Source: Neoechinorhynchus agilis (taxonomy: Eukaryota > Animalia > Acanthocephala). From it: a DNA stretch of 64,000 nucleotides. Where the stretch lies: assembly GCA_051530055.1 (NCBI GenBank), contig CM121341.1, positions 16,904,784 through 16,968,783 of the forward strand, read 5' to 3'. Shown here piece by piece: positions 25,371-38,307 of this stretch. The translations under genes were made by a program, and so were the position numbers. Every line of letters begins with the position of its first letter. Position 1 is the first letter of the stretch. The notes beneath the pieces are model-generated. The model was not told the origin of the DNA, searched no databases, and worked only from the letters and a program-made list of their open reading frames with translations.

Positions 25371-25781
25371 ATGCTGCCTTCTCGAATCGCGACGGCGTCG
25401 TCTATTCGACGATCTTCAAACATTCTTCAGTATAAGAAGCCCATTTTCTTTACGCCCGCAAAACCGCCACCTCCAATACCAGTCGATACGGAGGCCATTG
25501 AGAACTTGAAGCGATCATTTAAAGTTTGGCGAGGTATTTTTTATTTTATCTGCCTTCCTTGTATAGCTTTAAGCTATTACAATGGCTACTACGTCGCTCC
25601 GCCCCCAAAACGTCTTAAAAGACACGATTGGGACTTTCTGAACGCTGGGAATTCGAACTTTGCATGGGGCGACGGGAAACATACATTATTTTTCAATAAA
25701 TACGTTAATTCAACCAAAGATGGATACGAAACTACTGATGAAGAATTTTTGGAATGGAGGAAAAAACATTATGGGAGATGA
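25371..25781 (+). CDS. COX6A: Cytochrome c oxidase subunit 6A precursor (136 aa)
   Basis: KVWRGIFYFICLPCIALS transmembrane segment and FAWGDGKHTLFFNKYVN signature; Arg/Ser-rich presequence starting at the second ATG (25371). Confidence 0.9.
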   Translation: MLPSRIATASSIRRSSNILQYKKPIFFTPAKPPPPIPVDTEAIENLKRSFKVWRGIFYFICLPCIALSYYNGYYVAPPPKRLKRHDWDFLNAGNSNFAWGDGKHTLFFNKYVNSTKDGYETTDEEFLEWRKKHYGR

Positions 25782-25899
25782 GTGAATCATTTATCAACAA
25801 AAAATTAGTCCTTTAGAATAAAGTTCCGCGGATAAGGGCAAACGCGTTTAAGTGGACCAGCAATCTAAAGAATCGACGTTTTTTGAATTCCGTTTAATC

Positions 25900-26722
25900 G
25901 GAGCTGCCATGATACGCCTTCGCTCCTCCTTTCACCCATCATAAATCGCCGCTCTGAATTCGACCCATTGTATCTGCCGGAAGCCCCTTTTACATAGCAC
26001 ACAACCGCCGCCAAATCCTTCGAATCGGTCAACTCCTTTTCCCCGACATTCACTCCACTATTCCTTCCACATCAACTCTACGCGCATTCCCTCCAAAAAA
26101 TCCCTTTAACTCGAGACCACGTCTTCTCATCTCTCCACCGCCCCTTCAAACTCAATTCAGACTTCATCTTCGCAGTATAATCCCTAACTTTTAGCGAGCA
26201 TCCTAGAACATCTTCTATATCCCAAAAATTCGAAGAGTAAGGTGATTTCCAACTTCTTTGACTACGTGCAACTCTACTGGCGCCCGAAAAACCACAATGG
26301 TTAATCTCCCAGCCCATTCACATAAAACACTCTCTGTCTCCCAAAACAACTAAATAATTATCACTGTACCCTTGCACAAAAACACGTAGGTGATCCACGC
26401 ATAGTCTCAACTCTATACTCGTTTCTATCATTGCCAATCACCTACCCACCACAAATATTCGATTCGCTTCCGGACTGTAACCTCAATCTCCCCATTTCCA
26501 CCCCAATGTACCGAAATCCAAAATTCCCCTCCCCACTCTAATCTACTCCAATACTCATAGCCTCCTTCCTAAACGCCGACGTAGTCATCTTAACAAATAC
26601 GTGGCTTACCCCCTTCAACAGCGATTCAGCCATCCTTCCCGGGTACAAATCCTTCCATACATACCGCGAGGGCCGTCCAAGAGGCGGTCTCAATTTACGT
26701 AAGACAATCACTACCATATTTT
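25900..26722 (+). mobile_element. CR1/L2-like LINE, 5' part (start of APE), interrupted by an RTE
   Basis: C/T-rich; LIYSNTHSLLPK...DVVILTNTWL-like APE start; same family continues at 28998-30790. Confidence 0.65.
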
Positions 26723-26723
26723 T

Positions 26724-28997
26724 CATCTCTCATCGGCCAATCGCAATAACTCTCCAAACTGTCCCCGCTTACAAATATCACGCTGAACGCGGACCCTATC
26801 TGGTGACAGGACGTGCGACAGGTCGATCAAAAGGTAAAAGAATATGGCCGCTACCCAAATGATCGATGCATAACACAACTTCTCTAAGGGCGTCCACTGT
26901 ATTCGACGCGTTTGGACGGTGCCCAGTCCTCTCGGACGCTGACGGGACGTAAGTACTCTAATCCAGAAAAGGCAAAAGGGTAAGGATAACAAGCACAGGA
27001 TGGAAAAGACAAGGGTGGCCACTCTGAATGTAGGCACGCTCACAGGTAACACCGAGGAATGAGGTAGAGTGCTGTGCGACAGACGAATCGACACTTGATA
27101 CCTACCACAGTGGAGGATACAAGTCCCAGATAGACTTCATCTTGGTACGAAAAAGGCATGTCCACTCTCGTCGAGACCAAAGTCATCCCATACGAAACGA
27201 TCACAACACAGCATCGCCCAGTAATCGCGGATATTAGCATTGAGAGGCCTAAACGAATGCACGAGAAAAGTACAGGTCCATCGTGCAAAAAATGATGGCT
27301 CTTTCACGAAAAATCTAAAGAAATCACTTCCCAGATAACATTGCCTCGCTGTGCTACAAGTGATCAAATGTGGAACGAAGCCAAGTACTCTATCAGCAAA
27401 TCGGTCATGAAAACGCTGGGAACTACAAAACCTGGAAAACGATATATAAAGCGAGACGTATGGTTGTGGACAGAGGACGTGAAAGAGAAGGTCAGAGAAA
27501 AGAAGCGCCTTTATCACTTGTTCCTGAAAAACCAAACGGAGGTGAATTGGGAAGTCTATCGATCCGCCAAACAGTAATCGAAGAAAACTGTAGTTATTGC
27601 TCGTGCAAGACATTATGAAATAGTGAGTAATAAATTAGATTCGCGAAAGAAGGAACGAGACCAATTTAGGCTTGTCAAAATGGATATTGAAAAGTTCTAC
27701 TGCATAAACGATCAACACGATAATCGTATTACTGAAGGTACGACAATGCTGAAAAGATGGCAGGAATATTTCCATCAGTTGTCGACAGAAGAGGTCCCTC
27801 ACCCACGGATCCCCGAATGTGGGAAAGCAGGACTAGACGACATTCCGGTTGAGTTGTGGAAGGCAAGATGCTGGAGCCCTACGCCATGGCTAGCGGCACT
27901 ATTTAATAAGGTCGTCGACAAAAACAGAATGCCAACCGATTGGCGGCAGAGTAAGACAATACCGATCTTCAAAAATAAGAACACCCAAACCGAATGCTGC
28001 AATTATCGTTCAATACGGCTATCATCGTATACAATGAAGATATTCGAACACATAGTCGATCGGCGAATTCGTGAAATAGTGGACATAACGACTAACCAAT
28101 CGGGATTCGTCAGGGAATGTGTAACAACATACGCAACACATGCTGCTCGAATGCTCTGCGAAAAGTGTCGCGAGAAAAAAAGACCTATTTATCGCATTCC
28201 TTGACTTTGAAAAGGCATTCGATCGCGTCGCCCGCGAGCTTATATGGTACGCGCTGCGACGATGTTCAGCAGCAATCTCAACGCCTTTCGATATGTCCAC
28301 CAAGGAAGCGCACTATCAGCACTACTCCTAGCGACGGATAATCAGACAGATATGCAGGCCTTAGTGCAGGCATGGAGCGACCGTCTTGCGAGCTTTGGAT
28401 TACGATTAAACCTGGACAAAACTGAATATATGGCGTATGATCATAATCAGCCCATCCAGGTCGATAACACTGTACTGAAGTGCACCGACAGGTTCAAATA
28501 CCTCGGATCATTGATGTCAGTTGAAGGTGGTTTACAATACGAAGTGTCATCAAGAATAAGCGCTGCATGGACTAAATGTTTGCGACAGACAACTGGTATT
28601 TTTGCGATCGCAGAATAAAAGGCAGCCTAAAGTCCAAGATCTACAGGACAGTTATCCGACCTGTAGCAATGTATGAGGCTGAATGCTGGCCGATGACCAA
28701 ACCTAAAAAGAAGCGCCTATCAATCATGGAGATGAGGATGCTGTGGTCGATAAGTGGACTTACTCTGCGTGATCATATCCGAAATAAAGACGTGAGGACG
28801 AAGTATGGAGTAACGCCGATGCAAAACAAGCTGCAGGAAGCGCACCTACGATTTTATGGCCATGTCCTAAGGGCTGATGACGACACAATCATCAAAACGA
28901 GTATTGGGATCCAAGTCCAGGGAAGATGCTCTAAAGGACGACCGAAGCAAAGGTGGATGGAAGCCTTACACTAGAACCTCAAGGCTGCAAACGTGCA
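26724..28997 (+). mobile_element. RTE-clade LINE (decayed, 3'-truncated) inserted into a CR1/L2-like element
   Basis: VATLNVGTL, SQIDFIL, WLWTEDVKEKVREKK, GLDDIPVELWK, TIPIFKNK, FLDFEKAFDRV motifs with frameshifts. Confidence 0.9.
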
Positions 28998-30790
28998 AAA
29001 GCATACCACGCATGCAATAGTGATTTTCGCAAGCCTTGAATCCTCTCTTGCTCATCGCATTCTCAACTCGCGCAGGATCTTTCTTGCACATAAACTCGCT
29101 TCCTCTCGCATTCACCTATGGTGGAAAAACACGAAAAGTGCCCTAAGCACAGAAAGACAAAAACCTTTCTCTAACCTATCAAACTCCGATCTCATCGCTA
29201 CACTAAACTCTATCAATGCGCAACTTTGTGACTCTCACTCAAACAAACCATCATCCCCTTCCAGATCTACATCACCGTTCTCAGCTTCTATAGCTTGACT
29301 TCCAATGATTTCTACGTATGATATCCTCATGGTTCTTCGAAAACTACCACGCAAATCTTTCCCTAACTCTCTGATTCCCAACTGGACTCTACGCTTTATC
29401 ATTACAGATGTAATTGATTCACTTACCCATATAATCAACCAAATTTTTAAGATCTTCCCTAATTGCCTTAAAACAGCTCGGGTAACCCTGCTCCAGTAAC
29501 CAGGTAAACTTATATCCACCTCAAGTTTTCGGCCCATCTCTATCTTACCTTCTATAAAGTCTTAGAGAGATGCTTTAAAGCACACCTTCAGTCAATCTTC
29601 AATCGAAAAATTTCATCCATTCACCTGGCTTTTCTTGTACGGGCGCTCTTCTTTGCATCTGCGATTCTCTTCTTCATAATCTCGACGCACACTCTTTATT
29701 TATCTCTCGACTAATTCAAATCGACATTCATAAAGCTTTTGATTCCGTCGATCACAGTCTTCTCATTGATATATGCTCTAAAATGTGGCCTTACCGCCTA
29801 GAAAATCAAATGGTTAAAATCTTTCCTGAACAATCGATTACAATTTATCGAAATAGGGGACATCGTCTCGAACATCTTAGCATTCAACAAAGGAGTCCCA
29901 AGGTGCCGATCTCTCCGTCATTGTTTTCAACATTCTCCTGAACGATCTTATTTCATCCTCTTCTCATTCTAAATACTTCTTGTATGCTGGTGATCTTAGA
30001 ATCATTACGCATGTACCGGCTCCCCTCTCACTCACAATTACTTCTGACGAGATTTCTCACGTTCAAACATTTTGTTCCTCTAAATTTCTTACCCTTAAAT
30101 TTGTTCTTCTTCCTCTTTAAATAAAACGTGTTTATAAACGAAGTACTGCAGGATCATAAGAAATTACCTCGAAATTCGCTCTCTCAATCCGAAATCCCAA
30201 ACTGAACTCTTCGCTACATCATCCCCGAACTCGTCGACCCTTCAGCTTTTTATATGGCATCTACCCCTCATGTCTGAAAACTGTTAAAGTGATCCTTCCA
30301 AAAAAGGACATCCGATTTCCACCAAATCATTCCGTCCACTAACCATTCCACCCGCTTTTTCAAAAATCATCGAAAAATGTTTTAAATCTCGCCTTCTTTC
30401 ACTTGACAAATTATTGCCCCTAAAATTTGGCTTCTGGCCCAGATTTTCTGCAACCGATGCCCTACTTTGCAGTTATGACACGCTCCTACGCAACCGCGAA
30501 AATAATCCCTCCCACGTCACCCGTCTCATTCAACTTGATTTATCGAAAGCTTTCGACACAGTGAACCATTCATTCCTTCTCCGGGCCTGCTCCGATTTTG
30601 GTCTCAAATTGTGGCAGATCCGCTGGCTCTTTGACGAACATCCCCCGACCGGATTTTCCCACCCAAACGGATACGCTTTTTATAACAACTCTGAACTCGA
30701 GTGTTTATGGGGACCCAAAGGTACATGGGTCCCAACCTGATATTTTACATCCCAAAAATAGGGGAACAAATCAGCACTCGGCTATTTAGT
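28998..30790 (+). mobile_element. CR1/L2-like LINE fragments (RT and 3' stem-loop)
   Basis: FPNCLKTARVTLL, GVPQG-like, LIQLDLSKAFDTVNH motifs; GGACCCA-AAGGTACA-TGGGTCC stem-loop at 30711-30732. Confidence 0.75.
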
Positions 30791-30929
30791 CAAACTTTTC
30801 CATTTCACTTTTTCGCTATTTGATCAGTTTTTAACTTCAAACTTCTTCAATGATGCGACATCGATAAATTTAAATTTTCAATCAATGAATTGGGGGTCAC
30901 GAACTGAATTTCGAAAAATGCGAAATCCT

Positions 30930-32254
30930 TTTTCAGGGATTCGATGAGAGTTCACGTTTGACGATCATCGCAGATTTTCGGCAAGTTGCTCCCGGGGTGC
31001 GCAAGGTTACAAAATACGAATTTAATCTCCTCGGAAGCCCCATTTTCGCCGAAAATGTCTCAAAGGACCTCGAGGCCCACATACCGAAGCTCGAATTATT
31101 ATGTACAAGAGCACGTGAGCTGTCGGCGCACGAAGCCTTCTTCCTTTTTAAGAATTGCCCATTCACCCCCAAATCGATGTATAAGTTGAGAGCTGCTCCG
31201 TGTTTCGGGGAGTTTACGCTCTTTTTTAAAGAAAATTTTAAATATAAACATTACGGATAAGGGCTGGCGGCAGGCTACGTTCCCAACCTCTTTTGGCGGC
31301 CTCGGCATCCGCGCAGTGTCTGATTTAGCCCTTCCAGCGTTCCTCGCCTCTTACCGAGTCAGCAAAACGTACGCGGAAGCCATTTCCAACATGGGACAAA
31401 GCTCGCAACATTATTTGGACGGTTTGTCGATCTGGCAATCCCGGACAGAGATCCCGCACCTTCCGGAAAATGACCACAAGCAGTCGGCCTGGTACCTTCC
31501 CCTCATAAAGAAGATTCACAAATCCTTTAATGATCTTCTCGACGAGGCTTCCCAAGTTCGTCTTGCGGCGTGTTCTACAAAGGAATCGGGAGCCTGGCTA
31601 AATGCTCTCCCCGCCCCGACAATCGGAACTCTTCTAGAGGATACGTTAAGGGTCGCAGTTTCTTTAAGATTGGGCCAGGATATTTGTATCCCGCATCGCT
31701 GTCGCTGCGGATCTATAGTTGAAGCCAATGGCAGACACGGCCTCTGTTGTAAAATGTCCAGAGGGAGGATTCCAAGACACGCAGAGTTGAACTCAATTTT
31801 GAGTAAAGCCCTAGATTCCGTTCACGTGCCCAATATTTTAGAGCCAAGTAACTTGTGCCGCCTAGACAGCAAGCGACCTGGCGGTTTCACGGTTTCTCCA
31901 TGGCGGGAGGAAAAACCGCTTTTATGGGATGCGACTTGCGTGGACACGCTTGCCCCCAGTAATTTTCAGTTTTCAAAAAAGAGCCCTGGAGGTTCAGCGG
32001 TCGTAGCTGAGGTCCGAAAACGTTCAAAATACAGAGAGCTCCTAAGGAATTACCATTTCGTCCCTTTTGCCGTGGGAACGTATAAAGCCTTCGGACCATC
32101 AGCGCTCACTCTCCTCGACGATTTGGGACGAAGGACGAAAAGGATGACAGAGGAATCGCGCTCGAGAAATTTCCTCGCTCAACGAATCGCAATCGCGATA
32201 CAGCGAGGGAACGCTGCCAGTATACAGGCAACGTCGGGATGTTTACAGGAATGA
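30930..32254 (+). mobile_element. CRE-like RLE non-LTR element, 3' portion
   Basis: LLGSPI, PTSFGGLGIR, CCHC (CRCG..HGLCC), RPGGFTVSPW..LLWDATCVDTLA, IAIAIQRGNAASI. Confidence 0.9.
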
Positions 32255-32313
32255 AAAACGAAATAATAAAATAAACGATATGTTTTTAAAAAAAATTAGG
32301 CATTCTCGAAATC

Positions 32314-32323
32314 ATGACGTCAT
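32314..32323. promoter_or_regulatory. Palindromic ATGACGTCAT (CRE/ATF-type site) upstream of RPS23
   Basis: Perfect TGACGTCA core ~70 bp before the ATG; function not demonstrated. Confidence 0.3.
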
Positions 32324-32392
32324 TAACCGGCATTCTTCCGTTTCACCGTTTGCGGCGTCTGTTACATTGCGAGTTTCTCGTTTTTGTAAGCT

Positions 32393-32821
32393 ATGGGAAA
32401 GCCTCGCGGATTAAGGACGGCCCGGAAGCTAAAAACTCATCGTCGCGACCAACGATGGCACGACAAAGATTATAAAAAGGCTCATTTAGGAACTCGTTGG
32501 AAGGCGAATCCGTTTGGTGGAGCGTCTCATGCGAAAGGAATAGTTCTTGAGAAGATTGGCGTGGAAGCGAAACAGCCCAATTCTGCCATCAGAAAATGCG
32601 TCAGAGTGCAGTTGATAAAGAATGGACGAAAAATCACTGCTTTCGTTCCTCGGGATGGTTGTCTGAATTTTATCGAGGAAAACGATGAGGTGATGGTGGC
32701 TGGATTCGGTCGAAAGGGCCATGCCGTTGGAGATATTCCCGGTGTTCGATTCAAGGTTGTTTCGGTCGGAAAAGTATCATTATTGGCTCTTTACAAAGGC
32801 AAAAAGGATAGACCGCGATGA
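32393..32821 (+). CDS. RPS23: 40S ribosomal protein S23 (uS12), intronless
   Basis: Full-length [12 protein letters not shown]...[19 protein letters not shown]...[10 protein letters not shown]...KKDRPR. Confidence 0.99.
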   Translation: MGKPRGLRTARKLKTHRRDQRWHDKDYKKAHLGTRWKANPFGGASHAKGIVLEKIGVEAKQPNSAIRKCVRVQLIKNGRKITAFVPRDGCLNFIEENDEVMVAGFGRKGHAVGDIPGVRFKVVSVGKVSLLALYKGKKDRPR

Positions 32822-33059
32822 TTTGGCCGCTTAAAATGTTCCGTTTTAAAATATTTTTGGCAAGTTTTTTTTTGTAAAAGCGACATTCACAGATCTACTG
32901 AGCGTCATTGCTCAAGATTTTCTGGCGAACAAAAATAACATTTTGTATTGTGGTTGAGATACAGCGTCGATTAAAAGGTATTCTATTGCTTGGAAATATT
33001 TCGCGCACGGATCATTGCTTGTTCGGAGGAGCAGATTAGAACGCACCTCTTGTGAAAGG

Positions 33060-33770
33060 TCTTAGTTTTTTGGAATTGAAGAAAAATTGCAAAAGGTTGG
33101 GAGGAGCGTAGACCGGATCGCGAACATATAATCTATTGTGGGCAAAGGATGCAGAACATTAAGAAGAGGGTCACAGTACACAAGAAAGCTTGTAGCCGAT
33201 TTGAGAATTTCTCGGTATTTTCCAATCACCGAGAGACTTTTGAACATTGCGGTGATTTTGGTGGCACTTATTTTTCGGAGGAGCAAAACCGAAAAAGACG
33301 TCTTCTTTTGGAAGTTTTGTATATCATTTTGTCCAACCCAATGACAGGAAACAAAACTTTAGCTTAAAATTACAGGTCAGCGACGTGTTAAAAATCAATG
33401 GAAAGCGCAACATAGTTCATGGGGTTAGAGCGGATACGCGGTCCCAGACCTTCAGGAATGGCGATCCCGCGCATCCGAGCCATAGAACATATAAAATGCA
33501 ACAACTTTGTAGATGACTGAAGAGGCGAGGTAGCTTCGTGAAATATTTCAAATAAATCTATTAAGTCATGTCCGGGATTATGCTCACTGAAACTGTAATT
33601 TTATTCATTGATAAAAAAATCCTTCGGGTTAGTCAAAGTATTATTTTGATGATAATAATCCCGGTAATAGCACTTTTGATTTTGATTTATTAGAAATATT
33701 TCGCGAGGTGAACTCGTCTCATCTGTCATTGTAAATTAATCTAATCGACTAGATCTGTAAATTAATTTAC
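33060..33770 (+). mobile_element. PLE 3' end (GIY-YIG remnant) with inverted pLTR pieces and hammerheads
   Basis: YCGQRMQNIKKRVTVH, HRETFEH..RKRRLLLEVLYI; hammerhead + at 33513-33550, degenerate - at ~33693-33728; homologous pieces at 37920-38290, 56000-56160, 58580-58710. Confidence 0.75.
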
Positions 33771-34585
33771 GATGACTGATGATCTAGTGATGATTGTTTG
33801 ATAGACAATCCGACTGAAAAATAGATTTTATTAAAACACCAAGCTTTCGCCGTCCAACGGCTTCTTCAGGGTGTAATCTGCAATGCGAGTGGAGTGGAGT
33901 GGAGTGGAGGTTCACAGGAGATTCATGACTGCAGACAACTCATTCTGCTGGTTCGGCGGCACCTTATCAGGAACTGAATCCGTCGTTCGTGACCCTTCAT
34001 ACGCTCCAACATCGCAATGTAGTTCTTGGCAGCAGCGAAGATCGGACTGTCCATCCGCATGTCGATAAGATTACTAAGCGCTGCTTGGTTGTTCAGCCGC
34101 ATGTTTTATCTAGTTATGATTGTTTGATAGACAATCCGACTGAAAAATAGATTTTATTAAAACACCAAGCTTTCGCCGTCCAAAGGCTTCTTCAGGGTGT
34201 AATCTGCAATGCGAGTGGAGTGGAGGAACCTAGCGCTTAGTAATCTTATCGACATGCGGATGGACAGTCCGATCTTCGCTGCTGCCAAGAACTACATTGC
34301 GATGTTGGAGCGTCTGAAGGGTCACGAACAACAGATTCAGTTCCTGATAAGGTGCCGCCGAATCAGAAGGACGAGTTGTCTGCCGTCATGAATCTCTTGT
34401 TAACCTCCACTCCACTCCACTCCACTCGCATTGCAGATTACACCCTGAAGAAGCCGTTGGACGGCGAAAGCTTAGTGTTTTAATAAAATCTATTTTTCAG
34501 TCGGATTGTCTATCAAACAATCATCACTAGATAAAACATGCGGCTGAACAACCAAGCAGCGCTTAGTAATCTTGATGACTGATGA
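33771..34585. mobile_element. PLE insertion made of tandem and inverted 325-bp pLTR units with 12-bp TSD
   Basis: About 1.3 units on the minus strand (33785-34226) and about 1 unit on plus (34232-34573); TSD GATGACTGATGA at 33771-33782 / 34574-34585; each unit carries a hammerhead and the PLE N-terminal ORF (..ERLKGHEQQIQFLIRCRR). Confidence 0.85.
33836..33874 (-). ncRNA. Minimal type-I hammerhead ribozyme (PLE type); sister copies 34162-34200 (-) and 34440-34478 (+)
   Basis: ACACC-CUGAAGA-A-GCCGU-UGG-ACGGC-GAAA-GCU-U-GGUGU: perfect 5-bp stem I, 5-bp stem II, palindromic AGCU stem III. Confidence 0.8.
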
Positions 34586-34699
34586 GGCATCCCTAACTTT
34601 CTTTCAGTCCCTAACTTTTTTTCTTTCTCGATGATCGGACTTGATGTTACTGATTCTTGTCGGTCACGTAAAAGAAGCAGCTCCGGCGGCCAGACAGCT

Positions 34700-37600
34700 A
34701 ACGCGGGGTCGGTATGCCGCTCCACTTGGTGATGCGGCAGCGAACAAGAGCAACAAATTCCACCAGTGCAACGGGAAAAAGCGAGGGCGTCGTAGCTCTC
34801 GCCAATGACTTGAGCGTCGAAATGAACGAAACTGTCGCCGGAGGCAACGAAAGCGTCAGTCGAAGTTCATCACCGTGGTGGGTACGGACTGTTCAGGTGG
34901 CGCTGACAGCCGTGAGCCCTTTGGCGGAGCTATATCAGATAGAAGAGGACTACGAATCGGATCTTTGAGTTGTAGGAGTCTGCGAGCGCAATGGCGTAGG
35001 GGAACCCTGGCCAAATTGGCAAGGGACGCCAGAATGGATCTTGTGTTTTTACAACAATCTCGCATGAGGCCAGTCAGACACAGACGTAAATCAGGAGGAT
35101 TAAGGAGGAGGCTGGTCATTATCTTACCTATCTGCGCACAGTCGAGGAAATGGAGGTGTAGGTGTTTGTTTATCACCCCCGAAACTCAGCACTATGCAGT
35201 ATTATAACTGACCGAATCCTTCGTGTCAGCATAAAGCTTCGGTCGAGAAATCTCTATGCTTTTGGCGTGTATTCACCGACCTTCTCGTCGGATGAAGAGG
35301 CGGTTGAAGGATTTAATGGAAATCTAGCCGAAGCATTAGATGATGTACCGAACAGAGACACCCTCCTAATAGCCGGTGACTTCAACGCAATTTTACCGCA
35401 TTCCGAAAGATCGTTATATGTGTTGAAATGCGAGAATCGTAACAGCCGGTAATTGGTTAAGGCGCTGGAGCGGCATGATCTCGTGTCTGCTAACACTTTA
35501 TTCCGGAAGCGTCCGTGGCGTTTGGCGACGTTTTTGGGTCAAAAGAATCCGCTCAAACATGCCATGGGAAAAATCCCAAGAGACGCTTAGCTCAGCTTGA
35601 CCATATATTGTTGAGACGTAGGGAAAAATGTCGGATCAAAAACGCTGACACATTCACAGTTGATGGGCTGCCAGCCGACCACAAGTTGGTGATGTGCCAG
35701 TTGAGCATGAGTGACTCGTTGTTCCGTACGCCTCAACCTCCTCCACGTCCGTTCTATGGCGCCCTCGCTAATGAGGAGAAGAGGAAAGAGTTCGATATCG
35801 AACGAGAGAATCAACTGAGCTCGATGCCAGCTGCTGAAACGGATATTGATTTTTATTACAAGTCAATCTGCGACGCAGTGACCGAAGCGGCCGAGAAAAC
35901 CCTCCCAAAAATGAGGCGTATAAAAGCTGCAAAGGTTATATGGCAGGCGGACTGTGAATTTATGGCAATGGCTGAGCAGATCAAAACTCCAAGAAAAAGA
36001 GGAAAACGATCTGAGGCTCGCTCTTGAACTTGCCAACCTCCATAATGAAAAGCAAAAGGCATCGATAGGGATGCAGTTCGCGGGATCGCATATAAGGAAG
36101 GTTTTGTTCGTACCTCCTTAGCATGGAGAGCGATAAACACTATCACAGGAAGATCCCAAAGACAACCAACTTTGATTGAAGTTCCCTCCCCGGAAATCCG
36201 AAAAAAGAGAATCGCAAATTATTTTGCGGAAATTCTCAATTCGCCATTATCGTCTTTGGAAGTTAGTCCTGCACTTCCAAAAGGCACAATCGTCCCAAGC
36301 ACTGAGGCGTACTTCACTGGACCGATTTCCGTGAAGGAAGCGATCGCTGCGGCGAAAATGATGCGTGCGGGACGCGCATCAGGCTTAGATGGGATAATGG
36401 CAGAGGTACTGAGGTTTGAATCTATTGCCAGAAAAATCATACCGATAATGAATGGCATAATGAATGGTGGCTCAGTACCTCAAATCTGGCAAACGGCGCA
36501 TTTAACAATGATCCCCAAGAAATACAGCTCGACAAAGGTGGAGGACTACAAAGGTATATCCTTGATGTCCAACACGGCAAAACTTTTCAGCAGCATTTTG
36601 AGACGCCGAATTCAGCCAATCCTCGCACCGTTTCTAAGAATTGAACAGAACGGCTTCAGGAAAGGTCGAGGCACCACAGTGCACATATTGGCTTTGAGGA
36701 GGATCCTCGAGGAGGCACGAATTCATCAAACGGATGTGACGCAGGTATTTGTTGATTTCCGTCAAGCTTTCGATTCGGTAAATCGAACGATGATTGGCGG
36801 TATCTTAAAGGAGTATGGAGTGCCGCCGGTCATTGCCACATCCGTTATGGCATTATATAATAACACAAGGTCCGCCGTCAAGACAGCTGACAGTTTGACA
36901 GAATACTTTTCAACCACTTCAGGTGTTTTGCAGGGCGACACATTGGCTCCTTTTCTCTTCATCTTGGTGCTTGGTTGGGTAATGAGATGGGCACTACCGA
37001 ATGATGAAGATGGATTTCTTCTGTTGAGGAAAAGAGGTCGCAGGTATCCTGAGATACGCGCCTCCTACATGGCATATGCCGACGACATCGTATTGATGTC
37101 CTCAACAGTTGAAAGAGCTCAACGCATGCTAAATAGACTGTGCGAGAGGGTGAGTATGATTGGTCTGACCATCAACTTGAAAAAGACGGAATTCTTGACG
37201 ATTCCGCATGTCGCGCATAGTCTCTGGCGAAAGGCCGAATGGTGTTGAGCAGTTAAAACAGATAGAGCGGTATGCCTATCTGGGAGCTGTCGTTCCTGAG
37301 GTGAGTGCGGATGTCAGCCGACGGAGAGCTATGGCTTGGAGAGCAATGGGGCAACTTAAACCACTGTTTGACAGTGAGTCTTTGCCAGATGAACTCCGTT
37401 CGAAGCTGTTCAGGACTCTAATTGAGAGCATTCTCTACTACAATGCAGAGACCTGGACACTGTCACCAACGGCGACGAGGCAGTTGGACCAAAATCATTC
37501 ATCTCTCTTACGTGCGGCGTTCAAGGTCAGATGGTCAGATAAAGTGACCAACAAAACACTGTATAAGGGAGCCGGAGTCCAACCGCCCAGTGAATATTTC

Positions 37601-37875
37601 GCCGTCGACTGCAGTTCACGGGCAATATAATTCGGCCCGAGGCATCTTGTCCACAGGTCGTGCAACAGTTCTTTTGCTGGAAGCCAACGACATTGTATCG
37701 TAAAGGCAAAGGGAACTGTCGTACATACGATGACCTGATTTTAAGGGACGCGAATTGCCCGCATAACAGGACTGCTGTCGTGTATTTTAGATTCCTTGCG
37801 GAGCCTAATTCTATTTGACGGGCTTACACCTACGGTGCAACTTAGAAAAGTACCGTTGCATACATACATACAATA
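34700..37875 (+). mobile_element. RTE-like LINE, near full length with frameshifts
   Basis: APE motifs GVYSPT, IAGDFNA, QLDHILL; RT motifs FVDFRQAFDSV, GVLQGDTLAPFLF, AYADDIVL, YAYLG; (TACA)n-like tail at ~37858-37873. Confidence 0.92.
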
Positions 37876-38307
37876 ACAAACCTTATAATATCATTCATTT
37901 CGAGCTAATAAAGGATATTTGGGAATGTCAAATACTTACCTCGTGAAATATTTTAAATAAATCAATTAAGTCATGCCCGGTATTATGCTCACTGAAACTA
38001 TAATTTTGTGATAATATTAAAGTTTTATGAACTCATTCAAATATGCCGTTTTTTTATTTCATCAATAACAAACCTTATAATATCATGCATTTCGAGCTAA
38101 TAAAGGATATTTGGGAAACACATATTCTTTAGCCGATTCGAGAATTCCTCGGCAATCTCCAATCACCGGGAGACGTTTCAACATTGAGGTGATTTTGGTG
38201 GCACTAATTTTTTTGAAAGGAGCAAAGCCTAAAAAGATGTCTTGTTTTGCATATGTTTTTGTCCAACACAATAGCAGGAAACAAGGGTAATTTATTACTG
38301 TATTCAA

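Noticed and set aside
33428-33478. HDV- or twister-like ribozyme (GGTCCCAG...GGAATGGCGATCCC; also ~56020-56070)
   Set aside because: Required pseudoknot pairings are absent; the conserved stretch fits the PLE GIY-YIG C-terminal coding sequence (..EWRS..) just upstream of the pLTR.
33785-34573. CRISPR-like or satellite array
   Set aside because: There are no unique spacers; the units are PLE pLTRs with an ORF start and hammerhead.
37933-37942. ATACTTACCT, matching the U1 snRNA 5' end
   Set aside because: No U1 stem-loops or Sm site follow; the context is a PLE pLTR fragment.
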